A stretch of DNA of 63,549 nt, counting the filler, from Octopus bimaculoides (Eukaryota), in the NCBI RefSeq assembly GCF_001194135.2. It is 11 parts of 9 records of this genome, joined end to end, with 100 filler letters (N's around TTAATTAATTAA, not from the genome) between each part and the next. Parts side by side here need not be neighbours in the genome. Positions count along the whole stretch, not along the records: positions 34,493 to 38,269 come from NC_068984.1; positions 38,370 to 44,473 come from NC_068982.1; positions 44,574 to 48,449 come from NC_068995.1; positions 48,550 to 51,048 come from NC_068983.1; 7 more parts are not named here. One strand, written 5' to 3'. Position 1 is the first letter of the stretch. Every line of letters begins with the position of its first letter. Position numbers and translations under genes: made by a program. This document shows, in pieces, positions 35,093 to 49,212 of the stretch. Under the pieces are notes generated by a model. That model was not told where the DNA came from. It ran no database searches and saw only the letters and a program-made list of their open reading frames with translations.

Positions 35093-38000
35093 ACATGTAC
35101 GTACGTAGGTATTAACTACGAACGAAAGAACGAACGTACGTACTTACGTATGTACGTACGAACGAAAAAAAGAACGATCGAATGAACGAACAAAAGAAGT
35201 AAAAGTACGTACGTACGAATGAATGATTGAATGAAAGAACAAACGAACGTACATACGTACAAACGAACGTACGTCCGTACGTACGAACGAACGAACGAGC
35301 GAATGAACGAACGAACGTACGTACTTACGGACGAATGAACGAACGAAAGAACGAACGTACGTACTTACGTATGTACGTACGAACGAACGAACAAATGAAC
35401 GATTGAATGAAAGAACAAACGAACGTACTTACGTACAAACGAACGAACTTCCGTATGTACGAACGAACGTACGTATGAACGAACGAGCGAATGAACGAAC
35501 GAATGTACGTACGTACTTACGAATGAACAAACGCACGAGCGAATGATCGAGCGTACACACAACTTTCGTACGTACGAACGAAAGAACATACGTACTTACT
35601 TACGTATGTACGTACGAACGAATGTATGAACGAAAAAAAGAAGGATCGAATGAACAAACAAAAGAACGAACGAACGAACGTACGTACGTACGAACAAATT
35701 TACGAACGAATAGAGGATTGAACGAAAGAACAAATGAACGTACTTACGTACAAACGATCGAACGTCCGTACGTACGAACGAACGAAAGAACGTACGTACA
35801 TACGAACGGACGATGGAATGAACGAACGAATGAACGCACGCACGAACGAATGATCGAACGAACGAACGTACGAACGAACTAACGAATTAACTTACGTATG
35901 TACATATGTACGTACGAACGAACGTATATACGTACGTACGTAAGTACGTATGTACGATCGAATGAACGACCGAAAGAACGAACGTATGTGCATACGTACG
36001 TACGAATGACCGAACGAACAACCGAACGAAAGAACGAATGTACGTACGATGAACGAAAGTACGAACGTAAGTACGTACGTACGTACGTACTTACGAACGC
36101 GCGAAGGAAATAACGAACGTACGTACATAAGTACGTATGTAGTAATGAACGAACGAACGAAAGAAAGTACTATGTAAATACGTACGTAACAATATAGGTA
36201 CGTACGAACGAACGAACGAACTAGCGTACGAACGAACAAACGATCGAACGAGCGTATGTACGTACGAACGAAAGAACGAACGAACGTACGTAGGTATGAA
36301 CGAACGAATGAACGAACAGACGTACGTACGTACTTACGAATGAACGGACGAACGAATGAACGTACGTACGAGCGAATGATCGAAAGTACAAACATACGTT
36401 CGTACGAACGAACGAATGAACGAACGAACGAACAAAAGAACGAGAGTACGTACGTACATACTTACGTATGTACGTACGAACGAACGATCGAACGTACGAA
36501 CGAAAAAAAGAACGATCAAATGAACGAAAGAACAAACGAACGTACTTACGAACGAACGGACGAATGAACGAACAAATGAACGTACGCACGAGCGAATGTT
36601 CGAACGTACAAACATACGTTCGTACGAACGAACTTTCGTACGTACCAACGAAAGAACGAACGTACTTACGTTTGTTCGTTCGTTCATTCGTTTGTTCGTT
36701 CCGCCGTTCGTTCGTTCGTTCGTACGAACGTATGTTTATACGTTCGATCATTCGCTCTTGCGTACGTTCATTCGTTCGTCCGTTCGTAAATACGTACGTA
36801 CGTTTGTTCGTTCATGCGTTCGTACGTTCGTTCTTTTGTTCGTTCTTTCGTTCGTTCGTACGTACATACGCTCGTTTGATCATTTGTTCGTTCGTACGTT
36901 AGTTCGTTCGTTCGTTCGTACGTACGAACGTACGTTCGGTTGTTCGTTCGGTCATTCGTACGTATGTATGTACATACGTTCGTTCTTTCGTTCGTTCATT
37001 CGATCGTACATACGTAANNNNNNNNNNNNNNNNNNNNNNNNNNNNNNNNNNNNNNNNNNNNNNNNNNNNNNNNNNNNNNNNNNNNGTTCGTTCGTACGTA
37101 CGAACGTACGTTCGGTTGTTCGTTCGGTCATTCGTACGTATGTATGTACATACGTTCGTTCTTTCGTTCGTTCATTCGATCGTACATACGTAATTACGTA
37201 CCTTCGTTCGTTCCTACGTACATATGTACGTACGTAAGTTCATTCGTTAGTTCGTTCGTACGTTCGTTCGTTCGCACGTACGTACGTTTGTTCGTTCGAT
37301 CATTCGTTCGTGCGTACGTTCATTCGTTCGTTCATTCCATCGTCCGTTCGTTTCTACGTAAGTACGTTCATTTGTACTTTCGTTCAAACGATTATTCATT
37401 CGTTCGTACCGACGTTCGTTCGGTTGTACGTATGTACATTCGTTTGTTCTTTCATTCAATCGTTCATTCGTTCGTTCGTACGTATGTACGTTCCTTCTTT
37501 TGTTCGTTCATTCGATCGTTCTTGTTTTCGTTCGTACGTACATACGTAAATACGTACGTTCGTTCGTTCGTTCTTACGAACGTATGTTTGTACGTTCGAT
37601 CATTCGCTCGTGCGTACTTTCATTCGTTCGTTCATTCGTTCGTTCATACGTACGTACGTTCGTTCTTTTTTTCGTTCGTTCGTACGTACATACGCTCGTT
37701 CGTTCGTTCGTACGTACGTACATACTTACGTACGTAGTTACGTACGTGCTTACGTTCTTTCGTTCATTCATACATACGTACTTATGTACGTACGTTCGTT
37801 ATTTCCTTCGTTCGTTCGTAAGTACGTATGTACGTACGTACTTTCGTTCGTTCTTTCGTTCGTTCGTTCATCGTACGTACGTTCGATCTTTCGTTCTGTC
37901 ATTCGTACGTACGTATGTACATACGTTCGTTCTTTCGTTCGTTAGTTCTTTCGTACATACGTACTTACATATATACGTTCGTTTGTTTGTACGTACGTAC

Positions 38001-38269
38001 GTGCGTGCGTACGTTCGTTCGTTCGATCGTTTGTTCTTTTGTGTATTCGTACGTACGTACGTTCGTTCGTACTTTCGTAGGAACGTACGTACGTTCCTAC
38101 GTTCGTTCGTTCATTCGATCGTTCGTTCGTGCTTACGTACGTACGTTTGTTCTTTCGTTCGTACGTACGTTCGTTCTTTCGTCAGTCCGTCCGTTCAGTC
38201 GTTCGTACGTACGTTCGTTCGTTATTTCATTCGTACAAACTTACTTTCCTACGTTCGTTCTTTCGATCG
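34840..38269. repeat. Complex CpG-dense satellite of ACGA/ACGT tetramers with an orientation switch at about 36665
   Basis: The left half reads (ACGA)-rich and the right half (TCGT)-rich. Diagnostic blocks are reverse complements, e.g. 36103-36140 vs 37770-37808 and 35393-35415 vs 37448-37470. Confidence 0.9.
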
Positions 38270-38369
38270 NNNNNNNNNNNNNNNNNNNNNNNNNNNNNNN
38301 NNNNNNNNNNNNNTTAATTAATTAANNNNNNNNNNNNNNNNNNNNNNNNNNNNNNNNNNNNNNNNNNNN

Positions 38370-38410
<41 letters not shown>

Positions 38411-38427
38411 AAGATATATATATATGA

Positions 38428-38592
38428 TCCCATGATCGCGTGACCGACCAGGCTATCAGATGTTGTTACACACCGCTGGTCACACTGCGCATTTGCATTG
38501 ATTTAGCTTTTAAATGACGCCACTCCGCTGGCTAGATGAGCAAACCAAAAATGCGCCGCCCACTCGGGGAATCGTGAGTACAACAGCCTAAC
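38428..38592 (-). mobile_element. tRNA-derived SINE, family 4, internally deleted
   Basis: A-box-like TGGCCTAGTGGTTAGG head followed by non-tRNA sequence. Confidence 0.55.
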
Positions 38593-39476
38593 CACTAGGC
38601 CACACACACACACACAAGCACACATACACACGCACACACACACAAATATATTTATATGTATATGTATGCATATAAGGTTTCCTGCAAGAATCAAATCCAA
38701 GTTATTGGACATATGCATACTTGTGCCCATACTCACTAACACACGTTAATATGTTTATATAATGTGTGTATATGTGTGTATGCGTGAATACGATTATTGT
38801 AGACCGCCTCTCCCATAGATTAGTACATATTAACGGGTTGATTCACAGCTATACATGGTAACGGGGTGACCTGGAAAAAATAGTCATAAGTTTAGCTACG
38901 AAATAACGTGACTGGAATAAAAATCACATTCTGTTTAAATACAATTAAAGTAATAAAACAAAATATTTTAGATCAGTTATTAACTGACAATACATGACAT
39001 ACACGTTCTATAGATGATGACATTTCACACATGAAAAAAAGATTCAACTTCTATTCAATTTCTACAGTAAAGGCGATGAGACAAAGTATTTTAGTTTGTC
39101 ATTCATTGGCAGTCCATGACATGGACAGATTGAAAACGCCTTATATAGATAGTATTGTATATCCAGTACTTTTAAAGTTCGATGACAAAGACGAATATTC
39201 CAGCCGACGCCACGAAAACACTCTGTCAGTCTTGTAATTCTCTAGCATTTCCCTGGTGACTATTTTTTGTGTTTGGTTCGTTATATAAATCAGTTACATA
39301 AATCGGATAGAGCACTGGTCCTCAGCCGGGGTGCATATGACCCTTGAGAGTCCATATAAGATTTTGTTGTTAAAACTTATGTGCAATAAACTGCTTATAT
39401 TTTTATAATACACACAATAACTAAACATTTAAAAAAAATTCCTAATAACATTTAATAATAATAATGATGTAATAGG

Positions 39477-39818
39477 AATATTGTTGTATTTTGGGATGGT
39501 CATTTTTTTTTGCCAAAGAAACACACGCACTATATATTAGTTCTTCACTCGTTTATTACTGTTCTTATTTTAACTCATGTCCATTGTTCGGAAATCTTTC
39601 GTTACACATCTGTGACCTCTTCAGCGAGTGGAGCAACAGCACACACGAAGACGAAACGTGTCGCTGAAGAGGTGACAGATGTGTGACGAAAAATTTCCGG
39701 ACAATGAATATGAGTTAGAATAAGAACAGTAATAAACGAGTGAAGAACAAATATATAGTGCGTGTGTTTATTTGGACAAAAACCAAAAAAAATGACCGTC
39801 CCGAAATACAACAATATT
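39477..39818. mobile_element. Long inverted repeat (~150-bp arms, 33-bp spacer) with a hammerhead-like motif in each arm
   Basis: Arms 39477-39627 and 39661-39818. Plus arm: CUGAAGA G GUGACA GAUG UGUGAC GAAA AAUUU C. Minus arm: CUGAAGA G GUCACA GAUG UGUAAC GAAA GAUUU C. A related copy lies at 58180-58440. Confidence 0.8.
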
Positions 39819-40338
39819 TGTTTCAACACACGATTTCACATCAGTCAGGAGTCTTGCAACACAAACGCATAATGTAATAGGAGTTTTAGACATCGAATGG
39901 CTATGGGGGTCTTTCTTCCCCCCAAATAAAATCAAAGGGGTCCATTGCCAAAAATGGTTGAGATCTACTGGGATAGAGAATATCTGAGAGGCAGCAGATC
40001 ATTTATTGACACTGAAAGTGGAGATGTGTTTAAAATGGGTTCAGCACTAAAATCATCGTTAATGTACGTACGTGCTAGTTAATGTTATTTTTTACTCTTA
40101 AAACTTCTGTTGTAATGGATTATTAGGATTTCTACTTATCGTATCCGTCTAAATAGCGTCTCTTAGTTTCTTGTCTGCCTCGCTTCTCGTTCCTCTTCAC
40201 TCTTTTTAACCTCTTCACCTCTCCCTTTTCTGTCGTCAAGCAAATATCAGTTTTCTTAAGCTCAGTCTACCATCATACTCACTTTTCTGTCAACACGTCT
40301 TTTAATCAAAGTTTATTTCAATATTATTCTTTGCTTTA

Positions 40339-40562
40339 AGGTGGCGAGCTGGCAGAATTGTTAGCACACCGAGTAAAATGCTTAGTGGTGTTTCGTCCGT
40401 CTTTAACGTTCTGAGTTCAAATTCCACCGTGGTCGACTCTGCTCTTTATCCCTTGGGGGTCGAAAAAAAAATAGGTACCAGTTGAATACTAGTGTCCATG
40501 TAATCGACTTACACCCTCCCACTAAATTGTTGTTCCTGTGACAAAATTTGAAACCAATATTA
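40339..40562 (+). mobile_element. Family-1 SINE
   Basis: Full head and central domain. Confidence 0.85.
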
Positions 40563-40933
40563 TCATTCCCTTTAGTGTCAAAATAACAAAAAGAGAAATC
40601 AATTCTACTCATTTTCTTCCTTTCTCTCTGTTTTTCTTCCAGTCTATCACTCTCTTTTTCTTTCCTTTTTCGTTTGCGTGCCTGCTCATTCGCTTGCTTA
40701 ATTCATAGGTGTTTACAGATGCCTGTTGAAGGATCGGTCATGACGTTAAACAAACAGACCGGTTACATTACAATGCAGTGTTCAAAATTTTGAAGTTTAA
40801 ATCAAATGCAATTAATCTTGCTTTAGATTAGCTATTTTCTATCGGAATGAAGTTGACGGATTAGCGATCACGAATTCATAAACATTCCTAAAAAAATATC
40901 TACGCATACTTAATGATAACTTTTGTGAGTGTG

Positions 40934-41048
<115 letters not shown>

Positions 41049-41295
41049 GAAAAAGTGTTTTCTAAATAACTTTAGACAATGCAGCTGTTGTTAATATCCG
41101 TTGTGCAATGCATTAATTACTACCACATTTCCTTATGAGTTTGAATCTCCCGGATGTTAACTTTACCCTTCATACTTCTGGTTGCATACAATCAAGTGCT
41201 GTAGTCAATATCGAAGGATTCTAACTGTGAATGGAGTTACAATAAGTTAACAAGTTAAAAATTACTGTATTGACTTTAATAATTAATACATACAT

Positions 41296-41328
<33 letters not shown>

Positions 41329-41578
41329 ATTGGTGTTTGATACTGAAATGACTACAATGACCAAGATAATTTGGTAATGGAGCACCTGACCGTCCAGGAA
41401 GTAGCAAAATACATGGCGGCAGACGGTTATCTGGGAGACATCACCTACATACAACCAGGCCTTCTTACATCGTAAGGAGTTAACGGTCGAAACACTTGAA
41501 CTAGAAGTGGTGAGGAAAACCTTCTGGTCTTCTCTGAAAAGCTTCAGGTGTTCAGCTTCTCTACAAAATCATCAATGC

Positions 41579-41611
<33 letters not shown>

Positions 41612-42754
41612 CTTTAGCTCTTCGAAACGCCAGTGTTTTAATGGTGGCAGCTGATGAAGGATATGTTCTCTATGTGGCCTGCTAGTTTTTTGTACCTTGT
41701 TTATCATTTTGTCTATGTTTTTTTTTGCAACGTCATGTACCCAGATATGTATCTATATGTACATGTAGATGAAAGTATGTACATACATGTACACATATAT
41801 GCATATACTCATNNNNNNNNNNNNNNNNNNNNNNNNNNNNNNNNNNNNNNNNNNNNNNNNNNNNNNNNNNNNNNNNNNNNNNNNNNNNNNNNNNNNNNNN
41901 NNNNNNNNNNNNNNNNNNNNNNNNNNNNNNNNNNNNNNNNNNNNNNNNNNNNNNNNNNNNNNNNNNNNNNNNNNNNNNNNNNNNNNNNNNNNNNNNNNNN
42001 NNNNNNNNNNNNNNNNNNNNNNNNNNNNNNNNNNNNNNNNNNNNNNNNNNNNNNNNNNNNNNNNNNNNNNNNNNNNNNNNNNNNNNNNNNNNNNNNNNNN
42101 NNNNNNNNNNNNNNNNNNNNNNNNNNNNNNNNNNNNNNNNNNNNNNNNNNNNNNNNNNNNNNNNNNNNNNNNNNNNNNNNNNNNNNNNNNNNNNNNNNNN
42201 NNNNNNNNNNNNNNNNNNNNNNNNNNNNNNNNNNNNNNNNNNNNNNNNNNNNNNNNNNNNNNNNNNNNNNNNNNNNNNNNNNNNNNNNNNNNNNNNNNNN
42301 NNNNNNNNNNNNNNNNNNNNNNNNNNNNNNNNNNNNNNNNNNATATATATGGTGTTTTTATATCCATAAGCATGTGTATTGGTCTATAAGTATTCGTGTG
42401 TGTGTGTGTGTTCAATAGAAAATGTGTGCTGGAGTGAGTGTCTTTGTCTGGCCAATTAGCCGTTTATTGTTGTTTTTCAAGCGTATATTGCAATTTATGA
42501 ACATTAACGTCGTTAGTTATAAATCGTTAATGTGCTTTTGACTCGTTTACTGCATTTTCCATAACTCGACTGACAAGAATTCTCTGCGCAACTTATGCGA
42601 AATAAATACCGCCATTAAATTTTGTTTGAAGCACTAGCTTATCTGTGATCCGATATGTGTATTTTTCATTAGCACACACATACACACGCACGCACGCACG
42701 AACACACGTACACACACACGTACGTACGTATGTACGTACATACATACTAACTAA

Positions 42755-43031
42755 CTGGCAATCCGTCGGTTACAACGAAGATGGTTCCAGTTGATCCCAT
42801 TCATAGACACGTGTACCCTTAACGTAGTTCTCAGGGAGATTCTGTATGAGACAAAGCGTGACAAATCTGGCCCTTTAAAATACAGATATTACGCATTTTT
42901 ACCAGTTGAGTGGACTGGAATAACGTGAAAAAAAAAGGTCCCTTGCTCAAAGAAACAACTCGTCGATGGGAATTGATCTGACGACCTCACGATCGTTAGC
43001 CGAATAACCTAACCACTAAGCCAAGCGACTT
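42755..43031 (-). mobile_element. tRNA-derived SINE, family 5
   Basis: Head TGGCTTAGTGGTTAGG...GATCAATTCC; tail GAGAACTACGTTAAGGGTACACGTGTC...ATCAACTGGAAC..CTTCGTTGTAACCGACGG is shared with 56500-56640. Confidence 0.7.
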
Positions 43032-43281
43032 CTCTACGTTCATACTTACATACGTTATATATAAGAAGAGTCAGCATTGGTACTGTATTCAAATTTTCGG
43101 CGTGCTTAGCCTCTATCGGTCAGTCGAGTGAAGACTGAAGCAGGCCGTTGCTTTGAACTTACTGTCAACGCTACGTTTTCAAAAGAATAATAGATATGCA
43201 TTTCACTGAAAGTATTGGGTATTCAGTTTAATGTTAATTTGAATTTGGTATAACTCGACATATAATCAAACGTATATATAC

Positions 43282-43367
<86 letters not shown>

Positions 43368-43461
43368 GTCAATATCTATATCAAAATAGTTGGAAGCTAA
43401 TGGTTTCATATGATAAATAATTGTTTATTACTTTGTTATCTCATTTTCTTATGCATATATT

Positions 43462-43605
43462 GGCGCAGGTATGGCTCTGTGGTAAGGAGCGTGTTTCTCA
43501 ACCACAAGTTTCCAGGTTCAGTCCCACTTCATGAACCTTGGACAAGTGTCTTCTATAGTCTCGGACCGACCAAAGCCACGTGAGTGGATTTGGTAGACTA
43601 AAACT
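43462..43605 (+). mobile_element. Family-2 SINE 5' half
   Basis: GGCGCAGGTATGGCTCTGTGGTAAG head, B-box-like AGGTTCAGTCC, CORE-like block. Confidence 0.8.
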
Positions 43606-44380
43606 GTGTGTGTTGAGTGTGTGTGTTGAGTGTGTGTGTGTGTGGTGTGTGTGTGTATAATGGAGCTTCAGTACGGTCGCCTCACCAGAAGCTGTAGTAG
43701 AAAACTCTTATCCAAGGGGCCAATTTTTGGGATCAAACATTAGTTTTTTTGTGATCTTGTGATTGCGAGCGAATTTCTAAAACAAATAGACATGTCTGTG
43801 TGAGTGGCAGATAGCCGTTAGAGAAGGATAGCGTTTTCCCTCGCAAAACGATAATGGTTCTATCTTTAAACTTGAAGTCCCTCTGTGCACATAATAAAAA
43901 CAGATCTTTCTACTCTGTCTCACCAAGTTACGTGTACCTGTCTTCCACGTAAGTAATATGGGACTATTAGTACACAGCGTTAAAAACAAATGCAAAACTT
44001 GAGAGACGTGGGTGGCTAAGTTCAACGAATCAATGAGTGAGATTGATATCTATATATAAAGTATTACTTTTGTGGATTTTGTGTTTATCAATGTTTACGC
44101 AGAGAGCTTTAAATGGACTAGATAACTTAAGCACTAAATTCTTTATGGATTAGTGTGTTGACATATGTTCCAGAGTTCGAATTGTACGAAGTACGGCTGG
44201 ATTTTTATTTCTCATGAGAAGGTAAAATAAATAACACTCATAGAATAGCCAGGTGATTATTTAATGTTCTGTAGTGCATATAGATAGATATGTTTTCCTC
44301 TGTGACTTTTGCTCCAGACTATCGTATACAGATATTTAGACACATATATATGTATGTATATATATATATATAATATAAAT

Positions 44381-44447
<67 letters not shown>

Positions 44448-45083
44448 GTACTCTTTTACTCTTTTACTTGTTTNNNNNNNNNNNNNNNNNNNNNNNNNNN
44501 NNNNNNNNNNNNNNNNNTTAATTAATTAANNNNNNNNNNNNNNNNNNNNNNNNNNNNNNNNNNNNNNNNNNNNTATATATATATATGATATATGATATAT
44601 TTATGTATTTTATATGCATATGTGAATATACGAGGTGATTTGCAGAACCTTTCAGACTTCTTTCTTTTTAAGAGAAACGCTTATAACGGTCCTATATTTT
44701 TGTAATTTTTAGTATATCATTGCTCTACAACTAATTAACTAACCTGCCAATTTGTTTTATTCCAGATTGAAGGAAACGGCACTTTGAAAACATCCTACAA
44801 ATCATTGCTTGCCAAATCTGACCAGTTTGCAGAATGTAGCTGCGACGTTAGGACAATTTAAAGCTCGATATGCAAATAGGTGTAGTGTTAAACTGGACAC
44901 AAACGCTATTAGAAATTTATTAAATACTCCAGACCTCTTTATGGATTACTTTGCATGAACCGAGAATCTATTTTTCGCTAGTACAAGAAGAGATTTTGTT
45001 GCAAACGTCCAATGCAAACGATGGAAGCTGAATTGATTTTAGTGGCATATGAAGTCAGAAGTAATGATTCTGCCTAAAACAAC

Positions 45084-45149
<66 letters not shown>

Positions 45150-45151
<2 letters not shown>

Positions 45152-45553
45152 AAAATTTTGGCACAAGTCCAGCAGCTTGGGAGGATGAAAGTTAAAGCCG
45201 ACCACGGCAGAATTTGAACTCAGAACGTGAAGACGAATGAAANNNNNNNNNNTGTGATTAAGCATTTTGCCCCAGGCGGGAACGATTCTGCCAACTTGCC
45301 GCCGTGAATATATAAAAATAACAATCCATTCTACTAAAAGCATAAGACCTGTTTTGTTTTGGGGTTTTATTTATTTTTTTTTTTTTTACAGAGGGGCTAG
45401 TCGATCACATCGAGCCCAGTTCGTAACTGAGACCCCGAAAGGATGAAAGGAAAAGTCGACCCCGGCGGAATTTGAACTCAGAACGTAAAGACAGACGAAA
45501 TACCGTTAAGCGTTTCGCCCGGCGTGCTGTCGTTTCTGCCAGCTCCCCGCCTT
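45150..45553 (-). mobile_element. Two tandem family-1 SINEs
   Basis: CAGAATTTGAACTCAGAACGT occurs at about 45210 and 45470. Confidence 0.8.
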
Positions 45554-46480
45554 ACCATTAAAAGTTATATTGTAAGCCATTTCTGGCAGTCCTAATAACG
45601 CTGTTTCTAAATTACCTGCTTAAGCACTATGTTATATTTTGACAAACCCCAAATTTTAATTTATACCTCCAAAACATAGGAATAGAAACAAGAAAACTAT
45701 ATTTTCACCCTATATAATTTAAATTAATATGGAGAAAAGAAATGAATAAAAAAAAATTATGGCCCAAAACTCAAAACAAATGAACAAAATCATTAGAGAT
45801 AATGTTTAACAATATATAAAGACAAATAATGAAATAAAATGCCAAAAATAGCTGAACGAGAGAAAACAAAGAAAACCATTGAAAGCTAGCAAACAAAACG
45901 TAAGCCCATGGTCACGTGATATTTTCCACGCGTTTTTTTTTCTTTTCTTTTTATTTTTTGTGTGTGTGTCCCGCAGTGAAATATTGGATCTGTGTAATAA
46001 TTTCTTATTTTAGCGAACATAAAAATTGGAAAATAGGAATGACAAAAAATATATATATATATAATTTTAAATATGAGAAAATGCTAAACATTCTGTTACG
46101 TTGTTATTTATAAAATGATGGCTTCAAGTTCTTTAACGGAAGTACAAAAAAAATGGCAAGAAACCAGAAAATAGGGGGAAGTAAGGGAATTACTGAATAT
46201 CTCGTTAAAAACTAACTTATTTAAATTTTCGTTAAGTTAAATTCTGTGTACATTTTCAGTAGAGATAGAGGCAAAAAAGAAAAAGAAAGAAAGGTAGCGA
46301 GGGAGGGTGAGAAAGAAGAAAATGGAGAAATACGCACAGAAGGGAACAGAAATATAGAGACAGAGAGACAGCCACAGAGTCAGAAACAAGCACATTTGCA
46401 TATACGAACACACATACATACACACGATTATAAAAAAAGTACATATATACACACATATATATATATATAGAGAGAGAGAA

Positions 46481-46559
<79 letters not shown>

Positions 46560-46653
46560 TACACACACACACAAACACACGCACACACATAGTAAAAGAG
46601 ATTTTTGTGGCTATTCTATTTTTACGAGCGTAAATAATAATAATAATAATCAT

Positions 46654-46849
46654 TTCTATTATAGGCACACGGCTTGAAATTTGAGGGGAGGGAGTAAGTC
46701 GATTACTCAGCTGGTACTTACTTTATCGACCGCGAAAGGAGGAAAAGTAATGTCGACCCCGGTCGCATTTGAATTCAGAACCAGATGACAGGCGAAACGG
46801 CGTTTTGCGTTTCGCCCGGTGCGCTAACGATTCTGACAGCTCACCACTT
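46654..46849 (-). mobile_element. Family-1 SINE
   Basis: Shared central domain. Confidence 0.8.
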
Positions 46850-48409
46850 TAATAATAATATTGACAATCATTTTAAATATACCCCGTCCCAGGAGAACAT
46901 ATTATGCCCAACATTATTATCACAAGGTATGACTTTTCATTGCAGCCATTTGCAACTTTGAACAAACGATCGAATTTGATGGATTCTTTCAGACAGCTGC
47001 GAAGCGTTTCATTGTTGATTTTTAACTACAGTTTATCTAAAAAACCGTTTATTTTCAATACAATAGATTAGCACATGGTGAAGATCGTTATAAACGGAAA
47101 TAAAATATATTTTTATTCATCAACTAAAAATAACTGCTTCACAATCACTGTTTTTCTTGCATGTATTTTATACACTGAAACATGAAAGCGAATAGGTGAA
47201 CATAATAATGAAATATACATTTTCTCGTATTTAGCAACCAATCAAATCTCGATAATTAATGATGCTTCAATTTGTATGAATATTTTTGCTTTTATTTTGT
47301 TACGCTACTATATAACTTCAAAACGTGATTAATAGATGACGGAAAATACAGATGTAATGATTAAAGATATTTAGGCTTCGAATACAATATATTATAATTC
47401 ACGTATTGAGTAATTATCTCAACAGTTCTACATGTAAACGTTCTCTATTCCATATATTTATATACATATCCACACGCACATGATATATATATATATATAT
47501 ATATATATAATAGAGGAAATAGGATATAGGGGAGGAAATTGAGAATTAAGGAGGGAATCGAAATTCAACTTAGAAAGGATAACTAAATAATTACAGATTC
47601 ATTAGCAGCAAGTGCTCGATAATAAATTGGTTTGCTTTAATAGCAATAAAACCTTTCCCATTAATTCTAATTAATTTTCGCAAAAATGTTATATTTGTAT
47701 ACATTCTTCAAGAGAAATGTTAAAATTATGTTTCTAATTATAATAATAGTAACGATTTTGATAATGATATCAGCGTAATAATGTTTATGAGACAAAAATA
47801 AAATCTTCGTGATTAAGTAAATTGATAATAAGAGCAACTATACAAAAATTGATATTTTATAAAACAAAATCAGTGAATAGAATTCCATTCATACGTATGA
47901 CAATGAAGACCATCATCTACATCTATTGCGTGTTTCTCTACACTAATATACATCGACAAGCACAGACGCACGCACTCGCTCTAAATACAAAAATTATACA
48001 AACATATACATATATCTGTATGTGTGTGTGTGTGTGTGTGTATACGTGTATATGCGTGTATTTTCTTTTATTCATTCGTTTCAGTCATTTAACTGCGGCC
48101 ATGCCGGATCCAAACGGGAAGAATACTTAGTTATAGAGCAATAGAATATTTAGATAGTTATGGCCAGTCTATGGAGCGTGAAACCCTGGGAAACAACATT
48201 GACCAGACATAACTATCTTTATCTGATTTTACACACATACACACACACGTGCGCGCACACACACACACACATGTTTTCTTGACGGTCAGCTGGAGTGCTA
48301 CGGACATACTGGGGCACCGCCACATGTACTATATCTTTACATCTGTAAACACTCACACACACACAAATACATATATATATATATATATATACATACATAC
48401 ATATACTTA

Positions 48410-48449
<40 letters not shown>

Positions 48450-49147
48450 NNNNNNNNNNNNNNNNNNNNNNNNNNNNNNNNNNNNNNNNNNNNTTAATTA
48501 ATTAANNNNNNNNNNNNNNNNNNNNNNNNNNNNNNNNNNNNNNNNNNNNATATTGTAGATGTGTGGGCTTTTCGTGTGCCTGTGTGTGTACGGAATAGAT
48601 CTTCATTCTTCAGATTAGAATCACAACTTAGATCGAACATTCTTCGCTCTCGAAAATGTTTGGGATATCAAATTTTACAGGCGAATTAATAAGGTAAAAT
48701 GTCAGAATTAAGAGAAATTGCACTTTGCTAACATTGTTTGCTTATGCTATGAGAAAAATTTCATGTTTGGTGTTGCTTATCAGGAATATTAACGATATCA
48801 AAGTAAGTAATGTGCAAAAACAGCACAAAGAGGTAGTATACTACTAAATATCAGTTGTTTGGGGCATAATGCAATTATAAGAGAAAAGAGATTTAACCCA
48901 TTTATTCTATATTCTTTTGAGATAAAGCTTTGAAGTAGCAATCTATAATATTACATGATACTACATAATAAGGAATGATGTGCTTGCTTTGTAATATAAC
49001 ACTATGTCGAGCGGTTACATTATTATGTGTGTTTTTGCAGTATCTGCTCATAGAGTTGTCACGTACGGAGGAATATAAGCCATCATAGCACGTTATAGCG
49101 TATAACATCATAGACACAGACAAACACTCATATATGTATGTATGTAT

Positions 49148-49212
<65 letters not shown>

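Noticed and set aside
41610-41670. CGAAACGCC ... CUGAUGAAGG as a type II hammerhead
   Set aside because: U16.1 is absent and helix I does not pair; probably a broken repeat junction.
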